Shown here: positions 57,695-64,000 of the stretch, in pieces
How positions within the stretch are numbered: position 1 is the stretch's first letter
How the letters are laid out: the number at the start of each line of letters is the position of its first letter
Made by a program: the position numbers and the translations under genes
DNA from: Mustelus asterias
Taxonomy: Eukaryota
Assembly (NCBI RefSeq): GCF_964213995.1
Contig: NC_135808.1
Span: 32,798,001 to 32,862,000 of the forward strand
Direction: 5' to 3'
Length of the DNA: 64,000 nucleotides
Notes under the pieces: generated by a model
Told to the model about the DNA's origin: nothing
Database searches by the model: none
The model's input: only the letters and a program-made list of their open reading frames with translations

Positions 57695-59790
57695 GAACAT
57701 AGAACATAGAACATAGAACAGTACAGCACAGAACAGGCCCTTCGGCCCACGATGTTGTGCCGAGCTTTATCTGAAACCAAGATCAAGCTATCCCACTACC
57801 TATCATCCTGGTGTGCGCCATGTGCCTATCCAATAACCGCTTAAATGTTTCTAAAGTGTCTGACTCCACTATCACTGCAGGCAGTCCATTCCACACCCCA
57901 ACCACTCTCTGCGTAAAGAACCTACCTCTGATATCCGTCCTGTATCTCCCACCACGAACCCTATAGTTATGCCCCCTTGTAATAGCTCCATCCACCCGAG
58001 GAAACAGTCTTTGAACGTTCACTCTATCTCTCCCCTTCATCATTTTATACACCTGTATTAAGTCTCCCCTCAGCCTCCTCCGCTCCAGAGAGAACAGCCC
58101 TAGCTCCCTCAACCTTTCCTCATATGACCTACCCTCCAAACCAGGCAGCATCCTGGTAAATCTCCTCTGCACTCCTTCCAGCGCTTCCACATCCTTCCTA
58201 TAGTGAGGTGACCAGAACTGCACACAATATTCCAAATGTGGTCTCACCAAGGTCCTGTACAGTTGCAGCATAACCCCACGGCTCTTAAACTCCAACCCCC
58301 TGTTAATAAAAGCTAACACACTATAGGCCTTCTTCACAGCTCTATCCACTTGACTGGCAACCTTTAGAGATCTGTGGATATGGACCCCAAGATCTCTCTG
58401 TTCCTCCACAGTCTTCAGAACCCTACCTTTGACCCTGTAATCCACATTTAAATTAGTCCTACCAAAATGAATCACCTCACATTTATCAGGGTTAAACTCC
58501 ATTTGCCATTTTTCAGCCCAGCTTTGCATCCTATCTATGTCTCTTTGCAGCCTACAACAGCCCTCCACCTCATCCACTACTCCACCAATCTTGGTGTCAT
58601 CAGCAAATTTACTGATCCACCCTTCAGCCCCCTCCTCTAAGTCATTAATAAAAATCACAAAGAGCAGAGGACCAAGCACTGATCCCTGCGGCACACCGCT
58701 AGCAACCTGCCTCCAATCCGAAAATTTTCCATCGACCACCACCCTCTGTCTTCGGTCAGACAGCCAGTTACCTATCCAATCGGCCAACTTTCCCTCTATC
58801 CCACACCTCCTCACTTTCATCATAAGCCGACCATGGGGGACCTTATCAAACGCCTGACTAAAATCCATGTATATGACATCAACTGCCCTACCTTCATCAA
58901 CACACTTAGTTACCTCCTCAAAAAATTCTATCAAATTTGTGAGGCACGACTTGCCCTTCACGAATCCGTGCTGACTATCTCGGATTAATCCGCATCTTTC
59001 TAAATGGTCGTAAATCCCATCCCTAAGGACCCTTTCCATCAATTTACCAACCACCGAAGTAAGACTAACCGGTCTATAATTACCAGGGTCATTTCTATTC
59101 CCTTTCTTAAACAGAGGAACAACATTCGCCATTCTCCAGTCCTCTGGCACCATTCCCGTGGACAGCGAGGACCCAAAGATCAACGCCAAAGGCTCTGCAA
59201 TCTCATCCCTTGCCTCCCAAAGAATCCTAGGATACATTTCATCAGGCCCAGGGGACTTATCGACCTTCAGTTTATTCAAAACTGCCAAGACATCCTCCCT
59301 CCGAACATCTATTTCCTCCAGCCTATTAGCCTGTAACACCTTCTCTTCCTCAAAAACATGGCCCCTCTCCTTGGTGAACACTGAAGAAAAGTATTCATTC
59401 ATCACCTCGCCTATCTCTACTGACTCCATACACAAGTTCCCACTACTGTCCTTGACCGGCCCTAACCTCACCCTGGTCATTCTTTTATTCCTCACATAAG
59501 AGTAAAAAGCCTTGGGGTTTTCCTTGATCCGACCCGCCAAGGACTTCTCATGTCCCCTCCTCGCTCTTCTAAGCCCCTTTTTCAGCTCATTCCTTGCTAA
59601 CTTGTAACCCTCAATCGAGCCATCTGAACCTTGTTTCCTCATCCCTACATAAGCTTCCCTCTTCCTTTTCACAAGACATTCCACCTCTTTTGTGAACCAT
59701 GGTTCCCTCACTCGGCCATTTCCCCCCTGCCTGACAGGAACATACCTATCAAGGACATCCAGTATTTGTTCCTTGAAAAACACAACAGCT
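57693..59790 (-). mobile_element. 5'-truncated CR1-clade non-LTR retrotransposon (shark HER1-like LINE)
   Basis: RT ORF, short 3' UTR with GGCC-GAAG-GGCC hairpin, and 3' tail (TGTTCTA)4 at 57693-57720. TGTA is present at both junctions (57691-57694 and 59791-59794). Confidence 0.96.
57783..59783 (-). CDS. LINE ORF2 reverse transcriptase, N-terminally truncated (no APE endonuclease domain)
   Basis: 666 aa open frame with KSPGPD, NYRPVSLTS, QHGF, DFSQAFDKVPH, GVPQGSVLGP, KFADDTK and the CR1 C-terminal RRRLRGDLI / FFTQRVVGVWN motifs. Confidence 0.95.
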   Translation of the reverse strand: MFFKEQILDVLDRYVPVRQGGNGRVREPWFTKEVECLVKRKREAYVGMRKQGSDGSIEGYKLARNELKKGLRRARRGHEKSLAGRIKENPKAFYSYVRNKRMTRVRLGPVKDSSGNLCMESVEIGEVMNEYFSSVFTKERGHVFEEEKVLQANRLEEIDVRREDVLAVLNKLKVDKSPGPDEMYPRILWEARDEIAEPLALIFGSSLSTGMVPEDWRMANVVPLFKKGNRNDPGNYRPVSLTSVVGKLMERVLRDGIYDHLERCGLIRDSQHGFVKGKSCLTNLIEFFEEVTKCVDEGRAVDVIYMDFSQAFDKVPHGRLMMKVRRCGIEGKLADWIGNWLSDRRQRVVVDGKFSDWRQVASGVPQGSVLGPLLFVIFINDLEEGAEGWISKFADDTKIGGVVDEVEGCCRLQRDIDRMQSWAEKWQMEFNPDKCEVIHFGRTNLNVDYRVKGRVLKTVEEQRDLGVHIHRSLKVASQVDRAVKKAYSVLAFINRGLEFKSRGVMLQLYRTLVRPHLEYCVQFWSPHYRKDVEALEGVQRRFTRMLPGLEGRSYEERLRELGLFSLERRRLRGDLIQVYKMMKGRDRVNVQRLFPRVDGAITRGHNYRVRGGRYRTDIRGRFFTQRVVGVWNGLPAVIVESDTLETFKRLLDRHMAHTRMIGSGIA

Positions 59791-62700
59791 TGTAACTGAA
59801 TAACACACTGTCCACACTCCCTTCCCTACAGCACACCGTCCTGTAACTGAACAACAGACTGTCCACTCTCCCTTCCCTACAGCACACCGTCCTGTAACTG
59901 AATAACACACTGTCCACACTCCCTTCCCTACAGCACACCGTCCTGTAACTGAATAACACACTGTCCACACTCCCTTCGCTACAGCAAACCGTCCTGTAAC
60001 TGAATAACACACTGTCCACACTCCCTTCCCCACAGAACACCGTCCTGTAACTGAATAACACACTGTCCACACTCCCTTCCCTACAGCACAACGTCCTGTA
60101 ACTGAATAACACACTGTCCACACTCCCTTCCCGACAGCAAACCGTCCTGTAACTGAATAACACACTGTCCACACTCCCTTCCCTACAGCAAACCGTCCTG
60201 TAACTGAATAAGACACTGTCCACACTCCCTTCCCTACAGCACACCGTCCTGTAACTGAATAACACACTGTCCACACTCCCTTCCCTACAGAACACCGTCC
60301 TGTAACTGAATAACACACTGTCCACACTCCCTTCCCTACAGAACACCGTCCTGTAACTGAATAACACACTGTCCACACTCCCTTCCCTACAGAACACCAT
60401 CTTGTAACTGAATAACACACTGTCCACACTCCCTTCCCTCCAGAACACCGTCCTGTAACTGAATAACACACTGTCCACACTCCCTTCCCTACAGAACACC
60501 GTCCTGTAACTGAATAACACACTGTCCACACTTCCTTCTCTACAGCAAACCGTCCAGTAACTGAATAACAGACTGTCCACACTCCTTTCCCTACAGCACA
60601 CTGTCCTGTAACTGAATAACACACTGCCCACACTCACTTCCATACAGACCACCGTCCTGTAACTGAACACACTGTCCACACTCCCTTCCCTACAGCACAA
60701 TGTCCTGTAACTGAATAACACATTGTCCACACTCACTTCCCTACAGAACACCGTCCTGTAACTGAATAACACACTGTCCACACTCCCTTCCCTACAGAAC
60801 ACCGTCCTGTAACTGTACACACTGTCCACACTCTCTTCCCTACAGCACACTGTCCTGTAACTGAATAACACACTGTCCACACTCCCTTCCCTACAGCAAA
60901 CTGTCCTGTAACTGAACACACTGTCCACACACCCTTCCCTACAGAACACCGTCCTGTAACTGAATAACAGACTGTCCAATCTCCCTTCCCGACAGCACAC
61001 CGTCCTGTAACTGAATAACACACTGTCCACACTCCCTTCCCTACAGCACACCGTCCTGTAACTGAATAACAGACTGTCCACTCTCCCTTCCCTACAGCAC
61101 ACCGTCCTGTAACTGAATAACACACTGTCCACACTCCCTTCCCTACAGCACACCGTCCTGTAACTGAATAACACACTGTCCACACTCCCTTCGCTACAGC
61201 AAACCGTCCTGTAACTGAATAACACACTGTCCACACTCCCTTCCCTACAGAACACCGTCCTGTAACGGAATAGCACACTGTCCACACTCCCTTCCCTACA
61301 GCACAACGTCCTGTAACTGAATAACACACTGTCCACACTCCCTTCCCTACAGCAAACCGTCCTGTAACTGAATAACACACTGTCCACACTCCCTTCCCTA
61401 CAGCAAACTGTCCTGTAACTGAACACACTGTCCACCCACCCTTCCCTACAGAACACCGTCCTGTAACTGAATAACAGACTGTCCACTCTCCCTTCCCTAC
61501 AGCACACCGTCCTGTAACTGAATAACACACTGTCCACACTCCCTTCCCTACAGCACAACGTCCTGTAACTGAATAACAGACTGTCCACACTCCCTTCCCG
61601 ACAGCAAACCGTCCTGTAACTGAATAACACACTGTCCACACTCCCTTCCCTACAGAACACCGTCCTGTAACTGTACACACTGTCCACACTCTCTTCCCTT
61701 CAGCACACTGTCCTGTAACTGAATAACACACTGTCCACACTCCCTTCCCTACAGCAAACTGTCCTGTAACTGAACACACTGTCCACACACCCTTCCCTAC
61801 AGAACAACGTCCTGTAACTGAATAACAGACTGTCCACACTCCCTTCCCTACAGAACACCGTCCTGTAACTGAATAACACACTGTCCACACTCCCTTCCCT
61901 ACAGAACACCGTCCTGGAACTGAATAACACACTGTCCACACTCCCTTCCCTACAGAACACCATCTTGTAACTGAATAACACACTGTCCACACTCCCTTCC
62001 CTCCAGAACACCGTCCTGTAACTGAATAACACACTGTCCACACTCCCTTCCCGACAGAACACCGTCCTGTAACTGAATAACACACTGTCCACACTTCCTT
62101 CTCTACAGCAAACCGTCCAGTAACTGAATAACAGACTGTCCACACTCCTTTCCCTACAGCACACTGTCCTGTAACTGAATAACACACTGCCCACACTCAC
62201 TTCCATACAGACCACCGTCCTGTAACTGAACACACTGTCCACACTCCCTTCCCTACAGCACACTGTCCTGTAACTGAATAACACATTGTCCACACTCACC
62301 TCCCTACAGAACACCGTCCTGTAACTGAATAACACACTGTCCACACTCCCTTCCCTACAGAACACCGTCCTGTAACTGTACACACTGTCCACACTCTCTT
62401 CCCTACAGCACACTGTCCTGTAACTGAATAACACACTGTCCACACTCCCTTCCCTACAGCAAACTGTCCTGTAACTGAACACACTGTCCACACACCCTTC
62501 CCTACAGAACACCGTCCTGTAACTGAATAACAGACTGTCCAATCTCCCTTCCCGACAGCACACCGTCCTGTAACTGAATAACACACTGTCCACACTCCCT
62601 TCCCTACAGCACACCGTCCTGTAACTGAATAACAGACTGTCCACTCTCCCTTCCCTACAGCACACCGTCCTGTAACTGAATAACACACTGTCCACACTCC

Positions 62701-64000
62701 CTTCCCTACAGCACACCGTCCTGTAACTGAATAACACACTGTCCACACTCCCTTCGCTACAGCAAACCGTCCTGTAACTGAATAACACACTGTCCACACT
62801 CCCTTCCCTACAGAACACCGTCCTGTAACGGAATAACACACTGTCCACACTCCCTTCCCTACAGCACAACGTCCTGTAACTGAATAACACACTGTCCACA
62901 CTCCCTTCCCTACAGCAAACCGTCCTGTAACTGAATAACACACTGTCCACACTCCCTTCCCTACAGCAAACTGTCCTGTAACTGAACACACTGTCCACCC
63001 ACCCTTCCCTACAGAACACCGTCCTGTAACTGAATAACAGACTGTCCACTCTCCCTTCCCTACAGCACACCGTCCTGTAACTGAATAACACACTGTCCAC
63101 ACTCCCTTCCCTACAGCACAACGTCCTGTAACTGAATAACAGACTGTCCACACTCCCTTCCCGACAGCAAACCGTCCTGTAACTGAATAACACACTGTCC
63201 ACACTCCCTTCCCTACAGAACACCGTCCTGTAACTGTACACACTGTCCACACTCTCTTCCCTTCAGCACACTGTCCCGTAACTGAATAACACACTGTCCA
63301 CACTCCCTTCCCTACAGCAAACTGTCCTGTAACTGAACACACTGTCCACACACCCTTCCCTACAGAACAACGTCCTGTAACTGAATAACAGACTGTCCAC
63401 TCTCCCTTCCCTCCAGCACACCGTCCTGTAACTGAATAACACACTGTCCACACTCCCTTTCCTACAGCACAACGTCCTGTAACTGAAAAACACACTGTCC
63501 ACACTCCCTTCCCTACAGCAAATCGTCCTGTAACTGAATAACACACAGTCCACACTCCCTTCCCTACAGCAAACCGTCCTGTAACTGAATAACACACTGT
63601 CCACACTCCCTTCCCTGCAGCACACCGTCCTGTAACTGAATAACACACTGTCCACACTCCCTTCCCTACAGAACACCGTCCTGTAACTGAATAACACACT
63701 TTCCACACTCACTTCCATACAGACCACCGTCCTGTAACTGAACACACTGTCCACACTCCCTTCCCTACAGCACACTGTCCTGTAACTGAATAACACATTG
63801 TCCACACTCACTTCCCTACAGAACACCGTCCTGTAACTGAATAACACACTGTCCACACTCCCTTCCCGACAGAACACCGTCCTGTAACTGTACACACTGT
63901 CCACACTCTCTTCCCTACAGCACACTGTCCTGTAACTGAATAACACACTGTCCACACTCCCTTCCCTACAGCAAACTGTCCTGTAACTGAACACACTGTC
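59791..64000. repeat. 51-bp tandem repeat array, right arm (continues past window end)
   Basis: Same unit, orientation and phase resume after the LINE. Confidence 0.99.

Noticed and set aside
58537-59499. Three + strand ORFs of 106-113 aa
   Set aside because: Antisense shadows of the LINE RT frame
2905-63996. Dozens of long minus-strand ORFs as annotated genes
   Set aside because: They are translations of a 51-bp (3n) repeat with mostly GTG pseudo-starts, broken by stops and frameshifts; kept only as a hypothesis in findings
3215-64000. CRISPR array
   Set aside because: No unique spacers, no cas genes, vertebrate context
3215-64000. Centromeric or telomeric identity of the array
   Set aside because: No CENP-B box or TTAGGG runs seen; the role cannot be inferred without CENP-A ChIP or chromosomal position

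Overview
Vertebrate genomic DNA, most likely from an elasmobranch (shark); this is inferred from the LINE/repeat types and the MHC sequence. The first ~3.2 kb holds microsatellites, an assembly gap, several decayed transposon fragments and two exons (alpha2, alpha3) of a divergent non-classical MHC class I gene on the + strand. The alpha2 exon has an in-frame TGA and lacks both canonical disulfide cysteines. From ~3215 to the window end lies one giant 51-bp tandem array (consensus CTGTAACTGAATAACACACTGTCCACACTCCCTTCCCTACAGCACACCGTC, roughly 1,150 units estimated by length). The array has 48-, 47- and 50-bp variants and kb-scale higher-order duplications. It is interrupted once (57693-59790) by a young, 5'-truncated CR1-clade LINE with an intact RT frame. 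The long Cys-rich minus-strand ORFs are translations of the repeat and are not supported as genes. No new biological system can be established from sequence alone. The best leads are the Cys-less class I lineage, the splice-signal content and dual open frames of the repeat unit, and the higher-order evolution of the array.
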